64,000 nt of DNA from Octopus vulgaris. Lineage: Eukaryota. The notes beneath the pieces were generated by a model. That model saw only the letters and a program-made list of their open reading frames with translations. It was not told the origin of the DNA and ran no database searches. Numbering within the stretch: position 1 is the stretch's first letter; each line of letters starts with the position of its first letter. The stretch is taken from the NCBI GenBank assembly GCA_951406725.2, contig OX597822.1, positions 79,732,001 through 79,796,000 of the forward strand. The letters are read 5' to 3'. Below, piece after piece: positions 53,001 to 64,000 of this stretch. Made by a program: the position numbers and the translations under genes.

Positions 53001-56000
53001 TTAATGAAAACACATCAATTTTCAAACATAAGGATATAACCATTTAAAAAAAACATATTTACATTAATAATGAAATTGATATTATTTACATCGTTTCTTT
53101 TGTCATATCTATGGCAGAAGGTATTTCGAAAATAATCCATATCACGCCAAGCTTACTATAATATAAAGAGTAGCAGAGGAAATAGTAGGACTCAGGATAA
53201 AAAGAGTGGTGAACTAGTTATTTATATTTCGAAGACTTTATATAGAATTTAGTCTTCAAACATTTAGAATAAATTCCATTGAGTGCTGACGACTGTAATC
53301 TTATTGATGGTGATAAATCAATTAATGCCAGTCAATCTACAGGACTCTCTTTTACTCTAGGCACAAGGCCCGAAATTTTGAGGGAGGAGGCCAGTCGATT
53401 AGATCGACCCCAGTACGCAACTGGTACTCATTTAATCGACCCCGTAAGGATGAAAGGCAAAGACGACCTCGGCGGAATTTTAACTCAGAACGTAAAGACA
53501 GACGAAATACTTGTTTCTTTATTACCCACAAGGGGCTAAACACAGAGAGGACAAACAAGGACAGACAAACGGATTAAGTCGATTATATCGACGCCAGTGC
53601 GTAACTGGTACTTATTTAATCGACCTCGAAAGGATGAAATGCAAAGTCGACCTCGGCGGAATTTGAACTCAGAACGTAAAGGCAGACGAAATACGGCTAC
53701 GCATTTCGCCCGGCGTGCTAACGTTTCTGCCAGCTCGCCGCCATAATCTACAAGACTCTCATTGTACTGAAGCCATATATCTAACTTTAGCTACACAAAA
53801 GTGTAGGTTGTAAGGTTAGTAGTATTATACAGAGAGTTTTATGAGTTTAATGAAAAGAAATTATAAACTGCAAAACCCTTTATAAGCTATAGAAGCTACA
53901 CAAATGTATAAGAGTGTCTATTCTTAGTCTTAGGTCCTACTGCTCCATGTGACACATTGGGCAGCAAGGCTTCTCCGACGTGGTCGGTCCGCCGCGGCGA
54001 TTTCAGCTTCATCCCATGAATTGTCAATGGCTTTGAGGTTGTCGATGAACGTGTGGCACCTAGTCGCTTTCGGTCACCCTTGTTTTCTCTTGCCAAGCGG
54101 TGGCTTCCACAGAATAGTGGCTTCCGCATGCCGCGACGATGGCAATCGGAGGACATTGCCTGTGAATCGCAAGCGGCGCTCAGAGACAACGTCATGGAGT
54201 GGACGTGTATCAGTTTGGCGATGTATCTCGTCGTTGGTGATGTGGTCTTGGTATAATATTTGCAGTATCTGCCGGGGGCGTCGTAGCTGAGCTACATTGA
54301 GCCTTCGCGCGATCTTTGCCGCTGTCTTCCGCGTTTCCACCGCATATATTGCCCATGGTGTGACGATGCTGTTGAAGAGGCGCACTTTGACCTTAGTGGA
54401 GATCACTCTGCCTGCCCAGATGGGTTTGAGTCTTTGAAGGATAGCTGAGGCCTTCCCAATCCGGCAGCCAACGTCACGTTCGGCGTCTCCGTCGTTGACC
54501 ACGATGCTGCCCAAATAGGTGAACTCTTCAACTTCCTCGATTTGGTGTTATTCAATCATCAAGGGGACGCTATTGTTGTTCCCATCGTTATATCCAATCC
54601 TCATTATTTTCATCTTGTTTGCACTTATGAGGAGTCCGATCTTGGCCGCTTACCGCTTACACCACGGAATCCCAAATCCGCGTTGGTGCATCGCCCCGCA
54701 CATGACGAAGTCGATCGCCATAAGAAATATTAGAGGGGATAGAATGCACCCTTGCCTTACAGCGGTCTCAATGTCAAAGCAGTCGGTGTAGCCGGTCTCC
54801 GTTCGAACGCAGCACCTAGACTCGAGAGAAAGGCTCCGAAAGGCGTCGAAGAAATGCTCGGGAATGTCGAAGTCATGAGCTATGTACCCCAACGTACTCC
54901 GGTGTACGCTGTCGAATGCCTTGACAAAACCAATGAAAATGATTGATTGCCGTTGCTTATACTCCGGGCTTTGTCCGATAATGTTGAGAAACGTGAAGAT
55001 TTGTTCATTGCACAACCGTCAACAACCGGGTATATAAATAGATAAAAATTTAACAATACAGAATATAAAAAAATAGAGAGATTTTATAATAATTTTATAA
55101 TAATTTTATAAAAATGTTATAAAATATTTCTTTACAGAATGATACAAAATGTATAACTGAGGTATAAATAAGGATAAATTAAATTAAAATAAAATAAAGA
55201 TTATTTTATAATTTATAAATTATAAATTCATACAGGTATATGGAAAAAAGATCTTAGAAATGTTATTATTAATGCAATATAAAATAAAATTATATGTATG
55301 AAATATCAAGGAAAATAAAAAATAAAGATACCTTTGGAAATAAAAAAATAAGGACATGTTTGGAAATAAAAAGTAGAGATACCTTTGGAAATGAAAAATA
55401 AAGCTACCTTAGAGTATCATGTATTTATGAGATTACCCGTAGATTGAAATACATTAGAAACAGGTAATAATAAGGATTTGGAAGCATTTTGGTAGCATGA
55501 GTTTTCCGGGATATCATATCAATCATAGCGTACCCTCTATTATCTCGAAATCTATTCAACATTGCTTTCTAATAACCTTTATCCCCTTTGATATATATAC
55601 CTGCAATAATTAAATTATATATTGATCACTTCAGTATTGGGATTCTCTTCCCTCATAGTCAGTATAAATTTACAGTAGATTACTAACTATCGCACCTACC
55701 CTGAGTATAAGGTATACTCCCTAAGATCTGTTATTATTCTACCTAGATCAGTGTCTTTGGTGTGTTTTAGAAATATTTTATAAACCCGTTTCCAAAGCTA
55801 CCTTTTTTTCATTTCCGTTAATATTTGAAACATATATTTTATCTTTATATTGTATTAATAATGATAACATGTCTAAGAATTCTATTCGATATACCAATAT
55901 GATTTATATTATAATTCCTAAAGTAATCCTTATTTTATTTTATTTTATTTTAATCTATCCTTATTTATATCTCTCTTATACCTTTTGTATCATTCTGTAA

Positions 56001-57555
56001 AGAAATATTTTATAAAATTTTTATAAAGTTTTATTTCATTTTTATAAAATGTTTATGAAATGTCTATATTTCTTATATCTTATATTATTAAACTTCTATG
56101 TATTTATATACCCTCTTATACATTTGTGTAGCTTCTATAGCTTATAAATAGTTTTTTTCAGTTTATAACATTTTCCCATTAAACTCATAAATCTCACTAC
56201 ATACAATATTATATTTTTTATATTGTAATTACACATGTTTTATATTTTATTTTATATTGTCATTACACGTCTTATAAATTTTTAATATTTATATTTGATA
56301 TTTGTATACATTTGTATATCCTTTCATATACTTTCTCAGGGTTTATAATTTATAAATAATGTCTTTTGGCAATTTATAAGATCTTTTGATATGGGAATCG
56401 TTATTTTGGGTAATTTTTTAATCATACAAAGTATACATTAAGTGTGCATATATAATTACATCTCTGTGTTTGTCTATAAATACATGCATATATTTTTTTT
56501 ATTATTCATAAACCTTGATTCGACTGAGGTGCGAGACAGCAATTTTCTTTCCTGCAACTTTTCACGTCTCCCTTACCTCCAACCCATTCATTTCACTTCG
56601 ATATAAACTTTTATCTTTTGTATAGGCGCAGGCGTGTCTTTGTGTGGTAACTTGCTTACCAATCACATGCTTCCGAGTCCAGTCATATGAGCGTGTGTGT
56701 GTGTGTGTGTGTGTGTACAGTGCTTTTGAAGTGGTGTACTGATATTATATATTGAGAAAAAGGAGGCAGTTAGAATTTTGGATAATCCTCTATTAACGAT
56801 TTCGTTTGTTTACGGACTCTTCAAGACAAAATCAAAATGCTATAAACGGTATGTTTTGTTGTTCAATTATATGAATCGGATGTATTTTGTTTTGTTTAGA
56901 GGAGGAGAATATGGTTTTTGCTTTTGTTTTGGAAAAAGGAGAGAGAGAAAAGGAAAAGCAAAGCGGGGGTGGGACAGAGAGAGAGAGAGGTATGTTTCAG
57001 GACAATGAAGAAAGAGGAGAAAAAATAATAATAAAGGATGGGGAAAAGGACAGAAAGTTAGATAGACAGAGGGAGACAGAGAAGGAGAGAGAGAGAGAGA
57101 GGTTACTTTTGAATTTGATGTGGTCATTTCTTTGAAATTTCATTTCGTTTTTTTCTTTCTCCTTTCTTTTTTTCTTTGTACATTGTATGTCCGTCAACAT
57201 ATTTGTAAATAAGCACATTTTCTCACAAGAGTCGGTGACCTTTCAAAGGTGTCAATATTAGAAAGACGGAAGGGTATGGTTATCCCTTAAAAATAAAGAC
57301 GTGTTCAAAATTCAAAGGTCAATGAAGATGTATATTCGTTCACATTGTATAGCCATGTCCCTTATGCTGTGTAATTTCATGATTTTGCATGAACAAACAT
57401 TAAATATTAGTACAATATTCATAAATTCGGAAACGAAAGCCAGAATCAGGAATTACTTTGCCAAGTAGCTACATTAGATATCTTTCCTAAAAATGATTCT
57501 GGTATTCTTTCTCAGGTGTTGTAATTTCTATAAGAACAACAGTTGTCAAAATCTC

Positions 57556-57612
<57 letters not shown>

Positions 57613-58483
57613 TATGTGAAAAATCAAGTCGAGATGCTAAAATGCTAAAATAGTTTTATAAAGAACATTTCAGTACCGGTTTCAGCCATTTGAGACATTT
57701 TCAACTGTAACGATTAAATAATTGAATTTAGAAAAATTAAAAGAAAAGTTTTTTTAAAAGAATATTTGTATAGTGTTCAAATATAAGTGGCATTTTCCTT
57801 ATTTCTGCCTTTCTCTGTCCTTCTTGTTTACACTCGTGGGTTCGAGGTCGTTGTGAATTCTTGGTAGGGAAGAAGAAGAAGGAGGAGGAGAAGGGGGGGG
57901 GGGGGTAGAATTTGGGAGTGCCTTGATTGTCGTATTTTGAATGGTCAGTGGCGGCTAGCAGTTGCTGTTCAATTCATGAGAATATTTCTATTGAAAGGTT
58001 TGTTTATAGAATTTGAGTAGGTTTATACTAAAAAAGCATTAGTGAATAAGTTAGGAAGTAGAAGGTGAAGAAGAAGAAGAAGAAGAAGAAGAAGAAGAAG
58101 AAGAAGAAGAAGAAGAAGAAGAAGAAGATGAGGATGATAATGATGATGATAATGATGATGATGATGACGATGACGATGATGATAACGATGATGATGAAGA
58201 AGAAGAAGAAGAAGAAAGAGAAGGGAGAATATGAATGAGAGAAATGCAGAAACAAGGAAAATGCCACTTATATTTGAACACTATACAAATATTCTTAAAA
58301 AAAAAACTTTTGTTTTAATTTTTCTAAATTTAATTATTTAATCTTTACAGTTGAAAAGGTCTCAAATGACTGAAACCGGTACTGAAATGATCTTTATAAA
58401 ATTATTTTAGCATTTTCTATCTCGACTTGTTTTTTCATATATACCAACTCGTGTGTTCTTTTTCATCCTTATACATACATATA

Positions 58484-58561
<78 letters not shown>

Positions 58562-59128
58562 TCTGGTCATTTATAGCGATGAGTATCACGTTGTTAACAT
58601 TGGAACCACATTCACAAACAGCAGTAATAATGTAATATAAATGGTTTCTCTTCATCCATCATCATCACTATTAATGAATAATAATAAAAATGTAGTTACT
58701 CAGAATTTTTTTGATGAAGTGTAGCTCCATTGGTTTTCGGAATTTTTAATAACAATAATGATAATGGTTTCAAGTTTTGTCACAAGGGAAGCAACTTTGG
58801 GAGAGGGTACTTATTTAATCGACCCTGAAAGTATGAAAGGTAAAATCGTCTCAGACGGAATTTGAACTCAGAACGTAGTGGCAGACGAAATACCTATTTC
58901 TTTACTACACACAAGGGGCTAAACACAGAGAGGTCAAACAAGGACAGACAAACGGATTAAGTCGATTATATCGACCCCAGTGCGTAACTGGTATTTAATT
59001 TATCGACCCCGAAAGGATGAGAGGCAAAGTCGACCTCTGCGGAATTTGAACTCAGAACGTTGCGACAGACGAAATACGCCTACGCATTTCGCCCGGCGTG
59101 CTAACGTTCCTGCCAGCTCGCCTTAATG

Positions 59129-59189
<61 letters not shown>

Positions 59190-59703
59190 TAATAATGATA
59201 ATAATAATAATATTAATAATAATAATAATTATAAATGCCCTGATGCAGTACCAGGCAATGGCTCTCATGGCTTCTAATCTTAACCGATTGGAAATGTTAT
59301 CACGAATCTTGGTTTGTCTTGGTATAAAAGAGGGGCTACAGCAAATATTCTGCTCAATACCACAGATTTGCTTGTCAGTTGTTTGACCTTAACCTTTTGA
59401 GCACGTGGCTGACGATATATGCATTTCTGATTACGAACAGAAGTAGTGGGGGAGCATCATGGTCATGTGTTGAGAGGAATTCTATGGGATTTGGATAATT
59501 CACCTTTGGAAATATGGGTATTTTGTTTATCATCCTTAAACAAACCTTATTCAGGGACCTTGTGAGAGGGATGGGCTACTCGACCTGAAGGGAATTCTAT
59601 CTGATAAGGCCGGTCTATGGGATCATCCTGGGTTCCACGTTAATAAAGCGCTTAGCTTTACAGCGTATCATCAGACACCAAAACCTGTTGGGACATGGCC
59701 TCT
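46751..59703 (+). repeat. Tandem segmental duplication unit, copy 3 (12,953 bp)
   Basis: The same junction occurs at 46751. The copy ends at GGACATGGCCTCT|GTAGC (59703), where non-duplicated sequence resumes. Confidence 0.95.
50590..56715. repeat. Nested AT-rich foldback structure, copy 3
   Basis: Paralogue of 23720-30440. Confidence 0.85.
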
Positions 59704-60060
59704 GTAGCAAGTGGCTCCCTAGGAAATGGAGGTGGAAACACTTTGTCACTCTATGTCAACAACAGTGGACTGCCTTCCTTTCGGCTGTTATTCGTAATTG
59801 ACGTTGATATCGTGTGGGTTCCAGGACACCAGACGGTATTTCCTGAAGTGCTTAGAAGTAGCTTGTGGTCTGTCGCACAAGATCTTGACTGTGTCGAGAA
59901 CGATGACAACTTTTTGAAAACTTTGTGTAAGCTTTTCAGCAGGTATCCCCAACCTTTTGGCAAAATTTGATGCAGATTTCTCCGTCATGGCCAATGCAAC
60001 AATCACACGTTACACACCTTTCTTCCAAACTCTGCTGCAAACAGCAGATGTGAGCTAGAA
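59225..60060 (-). mobile_element. 3' end of an R4-like non-LTR element with long 3' UTR ending in (TTA)n; truncated copies at 33543-34013 and 46283-46753
   Basis: RVWKK..VIVAL..LGI..SFQKVVIVLDTVKIL resembles the endonuclease C-terminus of the element at 3203-3442. Confidence 0.55.
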
Positions 60061-60254
60061 AGTTAAAACTTAGCGTCTATGCACAGCAGAGTTCAAGGTC
60101 AGTTTGTGCCAAGTGGCTTTACTCTGCGTGCTTTAGCATCGTTACTATGTCAACAGTCCGGATACTTATTGATCAGACCTCCTAGTTTGGGTTATTTAGT
60201 TCACCCCTTTTAGCTCTGAGCTGAAGTTCCACAATGGTAGACTTTCTCTTATAG

Positions 60255-60720
60255 TGTTTAGTCGAACAAATCTAATTCTACTTCTAGTATTGTACTGGAT
60301 TCTTTGTCAATCTACTGGGTTACAGTAACGTAAATGAACCAACATCGGATGTCAAACTGTGGGAGACGACTAACACAGATACACACAAACACACTAAGTC
60401 ACTCACTCACTCAATCACCCACTCACTCACTCATTCACTCACTCACTCACTCACTCACTCACTCACTCACTCACTCACTCACTCACTCACTCACTCACTC
60501 ACCAACCCACTCACTCACTCACTCACTCACTCACTCACTCACTCACTCACTCACACACACACGCGACGCGCTTCCATGCGGTTTCAGCCAATGAAATTCA
60601 CTCTAAAACACTGGTCGGTCCGGGGCAATAGTAGAAAACGCTCGGTCAAAGTGCTACGCAGTGGGACTAAACTTAAAGCCATGTGGTTTGGGAAGTAAGC
60701 TTCTTATCACACAACCATGC
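60255..60720 (-). mobile_element. Degenerate CORE-like SINE containing an (ACTC)n microsatellite (60397-60555)
   Basis: GCTACGCAGTGGGACTAAAC..CCATGTGGTT and TTTAGTCGAACAAATC match the 31365-31767 family. Confidence 0.65.
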
Positions 60721-61109
60721 TTTGTTAATTTTCCCACACACCTACATAATTTCACAGTTAAAGGGTAGAGTACCAGTTGCAAAACGTCTTCACAGCTGTG
60801 CTATACACAGCCACTGTAGCGTGGTACTGGCCACAGAACAATAATTTAATGTTTTGCTTTCAATTTGAAGATAAGGAAATTTCAATGAAACATTTATTCT
60901 CAAACTGGTTTAGCAACAAATTTTCATTTGGCTAGTTTTGATCGAGCATTGCCTATAAAGGTAATAGTTCAATTCATAAAGCTGAAAGTAGTTGTATTTT
61001 TCATCGGTCGGTTCGAATGTTGATTGATCTTCTGTCGTTTTATAGATTCTTCTAACCCATTGTTAGTTTCTTAAAATAAACAAAATAAATGAATTCAATA
61101 TAAATTCAG

Positions 61110-61305
61110 CCTATTATAAAAATCCGGGCATTTGAGGGCATATCTGAGAGGGCCACTATAAAAAGCAGTGGTCCCAAGACAGTGCCCTGTGGAACACCGC
61201 TCACTATTTGTGTGTTCATAGAGGTGGCTTCATTACCCACTACTGCCTTATTCCTATCTTTCAGGAAGTCATGTAACCACTCTCTATGTTTTCCAGCTAT
61301 GCCAA
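61110..61305 (-). mobile_element. CR1/Jockey-group LINE RT fragment
   Basis: GIAGK..WLHDFLKDR..SGVPQGTVLGPLLFIVALSDMP. Confidence 0.8.
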
Positions 61306-61322
61306 TATATATATATATATAT

Positions 61323-61451
61323 ATTAAATTAGAGATAAAACCACTATTAGGCAAATCAAACAATAAATTAATTAAATTAATTAATTTTATGTATTGGCTT
61401 ATGTTTTTCATTGTTTGATTTGCCTAATAGCGGTTTTATCTCTAATTTAAT
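61323..61451. repeat. Hairpin/MITE-like inverted repeat (~42-bp arms) within (TA)n
   Basis: ATTAAATTAGAGATAAAACCACTATTAGGCAAATCAAACAAT / ATTGTTTGATTTGCCTAATAGCGGTTTTATCTCTAATTTAAT. Confidence 0.75.
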
Positions 61452-61547
61452 ATAATATAATATAATATATTTATACTATAAAATTGGATTTAATCCTAAA
61501 TCTGATTTTTCCCTGTAAGTTTGGATTTATTCCCTAATATTTTATTA

Positions 61548-61600
<53 letters not shown>

Positions 61601-61603
<3 letters not shown>

Positions 61604-62970
61604 TTTATTCAAAAGCAGCAGAAATATAGCAAAAGCTGTTACTCAGAGTTTCACGTTCCCGTTTGTCGGACAATTTTGCTAACATAACAAACATCTACAT
61701 AATAACATGTCTAGGTCCTGACGTAGATACAAACAACATTATTTAAAAAATTGCTGAGTGTATAATGATAAAATTTGGACAAAAGGCATGTAAAATAGAA
61801 CACCCTATATCGAATTATCTATAAATTAAACGATTAAAATGGATATATAAAATACAATAAAATGAAATAAAATAAAATGAAAATAATATTTGTATATAAC
61901 AGTCGAAGATTTACCTTAAGAAATATGTCGAAATATATACAATAACTTTGCGATGCAGAATAAATCCTGCATAATAAGAAACAAATCCAACAGGGTGATT
62001 AAAAACTAGTCCGAGAATCAAAAATATACGCTATACATATGGTATATTGCTAGTCGACATTTTAAATTTAGCTTCGTGTCTGCAAGAATTCAAGAGTTCG
62101 CTTCTTTGATTTAAAGAGTTATTGTCCCGGAATAAAATGAAATATTTTTCCAGCAGGCATCACATTTGATGGGTATTTTATGTGCACCGTGCATTTACGG
62201 TGCAGCTCTATCCAAAATACTCCATGTCACATTGAAAGGTCGGGCTTATTTTTCTTTTAATTTCCAGACATATTTTGCCAGGCTGGTCTTCATACTATTT
62301 TCGGGGTATCTGAAGGAATTTTTATGCGAATAGAATCGGGTTTCGAAAGAATTTTTAGAAGCCCCTGTATAAGTTCTATATTCGCGTGAGCCTTCTATCT
62401 GCACTTTGGCTCTATACACGATTCCTTTATCCAGACATTTCCTTCCAACGTACAGGGGGATCCATCTTTGCAATTACAATTTTTAAGAAGAGAATCGGCA
62501 CTATGGTTATTAGCAATTGTTGGTTAATGAAAGAGGCGAAGTTTCTGCAGCAAGAATAGCTGATCTTAAGCGTTCTTCTATTAAATATTCTATAAAACTT
62601 ATGGTCAGGTTGAAAATACCTAGAGACTAATTAAAATTTTTAATGTATTAATTGTATTAATCGAATTATATTTCATATATAATTATTGACAATATGTATT
62701 TTGAATCCGCTCTTCGATATAAGATTTTTACTCGATTTTTTATAATAAGCTGAATTTATATTGAATTCATTTATTTTGTTTTTGTTTATCGTATGCTTAA
62801 GACCGTTATTTGAAAGGCCCAATGAAACAAATCCATTTTTAAAGTTTTAACTAGTTTTGATCATATCGTTATTTCTATTCTATTTTAACAAAACTGTCCG
62901 ACGAACGGGATCGTGAAACTCTGAGTAACAGCTTTTGCTATATTTCTTATTTCTGCTGCTTTTAAATAAA

Positions 62971-62972
<2 letters not shown>
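61601..62972 (-). mobile_element. Decayed Penelope-like element with short inverted pseudo-LTRs, inserted in (TA)n
   Basis: 61602-61678 is inverted at 62889-62971. The GIY-YIG fragment at 62246-62473 reads GIVYRAKV..YTGAS..FETRFYSHKNSF..TSLAKYVWKLK. Confidence 0.85.
62894..62931 (+). ncRNA. Minimal hammerhead ribozyme, CCGACGA core (mirror at 61636-61673 on the minus strand, core CCGACAA)
   Basis: CTGT-CCGACGA-ACG-ggat-CGT-GAAACTC-T-GAGTA-ACAG, with quasi-palindromic stem III ACTCTGAGT. Confidence 0.68.
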
Positions 62973-63034
<62 letters not shown>

Positions 63035-63037
<3 letters not shown>

Positions 63038-63219
63038 ACCGCGTGTGTACCGTTGGCGATTTTTTCCCCCCGTCTTCCCTTCTTTGGATCTTTCCTTTTC
63101 CTATGTTTCTGACGAAGAGCTCCGCTCGAAACGTTAAGCCCTCCTTCTTTCCTGAGCGTCCAATAATACTATACCTGTTCCACGTCCTCGCCATGTTGTG
63201 TTTTCATGTTTGGATTAAC
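63035..63219 (+). mobile_element. Solo Penelope-type pseudo-LTR / retrozyme-like fragment between (TA)n tracts
   Basis: Contains a canonical-core hammerhead and is flanked by (TA)n on both sides. Confidence 0.65.
63105..63139 (+). ncRNA. Minimal type I hammerhead ribozyme
   Basis: GTTT-CTGACGA-A-GAGC-tcc-GCTC-GAAAC-GTT-AAGC. Stem III is reduced to the palindrome AACGTT. Confidence 0.75.
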
Positions 63220-63237
63220 TATATATATATATATGCA

Positions 63238-63436
63238 TTAAAGAGAATTTCAGATGGGTTCAACAATTTAAATAAATACATATTCTGCCATGGTCGAAGT
63301 TTATCAGTGTTTAAATATACCAATGTATTAATATTCTAATGACTGATACATTGGTATATTTAAAAACTGATAAACATCGACCATGGCAGAATATGTATTT
63401 ATTTAAATTGTTGAACCTATCTGAAATTCTCCTTAA
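63238..63436. mobile_element. Near-perfect 199-bp hairpin, MITE-like, bounded by TTAA
   Basis: Arms of ~92 bp with few mismatches and a short loop; ends TTAA-AGAGAA...TTCTCC-TTAA. Confidence 0.65.
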
Positions 63437-63520
63437 CACTTTCTTATACATTTGCATAACGGGTTTTTATCTGACCACTACTGCCTGCATAATAAACAAA
63501 GAAACTTTACTATAAATACA

Positions 63521-64000
63521 TACGAGGGGCGTTCAATAAGTAATGCCCCTGACCCACTTGCATTTGTTTGATCTAGCTGAAATTTTGCATGTGCAATTAT
63601 TTCTATCTCTATAGATTAAGTGGCAAATTACAGCTCTGAACTAATTGTGGTTTCCGATTTACAGGTGTTTGAACTGAGTCAAGTGTGAAATGGAGCCTGT
63701 TGAGTGTCGAGCAGTGATCCGGTTTTTGTATTTGAAAGGACGCATACCACGGGAGACTTTTGATGAAGTGAAAGTAACTTATGGTGATGATGCCCCATCA
63801 TATGACCTTGTAAAACGCTGGTATCGGGAATTCAAACATGGTCGGAACTCTGTGGAAACAGCTCCCAGATCTGGTCGCCCCCTTCTGCCATTGATGAGGC
63901 ATCTGTCCGTCAAGTTGAGGCTGCCATTTTGGAAGAATGACGCATAACTATTCGCCAAATAGCCCATGAGGTCAAGATTAGTATCGGGTCTGTGGAAACT
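63521..64000 (+). mobile_element. mariner DNA transposon, 5' part (runs off the window)
   Basis: TA followed by the TIR-like CGAGGGGCGTTCAATAAGTAATG. ORF 63690-63947 MEPVECRAVIRFLYLKG..YGDDAPSY..VKRWYREFKHGR.SVE.APRSGRP is the mariner HTH region and is frameshifted after RSGRP. Confidence 0.9.

Overview
This window is repeat-saturated, AT-rich animal genomic DNA. It is most likely from a coleoid cephalopod such as Octopus; this is inferred from the SINE families and the very high microsatellite density. No conventional host protein-coding gene is recognisable, and nearly all short ORFs in the track are microsatellite read-throughs. Main contents: (1) a near full-length, decayed R4/Dong-type non-LTR retrotransposon inserted in (TAA)n (3.1-7.45 kb), plus further R4-like, RTE and CR1-like fragments; (2) at least six Penelope-like elements or pseudo-LTR remnants, most arranged as inverted tail-out pairs inside (TA)n and carrying about 15 minimal hammerhead ribozyme motifs, several with non-canonical cores; (3) a 7.3-kb palindrome with a 1-nt spacer made of two head-to-head Neptune-type Penelope copies, centred at 19238; (4) a three-copy tandem amplification of a ~13-kb unit (12492-59703) with 3-bp microhomology junctions and mosaic copies; each copy holds a candidate TATA/Inr promoter with a short first exon and a nested 6-7 kb AT-rich foldback structure; (5) tRNA-derived SINEs, MITE-like hairpins and the start of a mariner transposon at the right edge. 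Coordinates were read by eye, and the boundaries of degenerate repeats are approximate.
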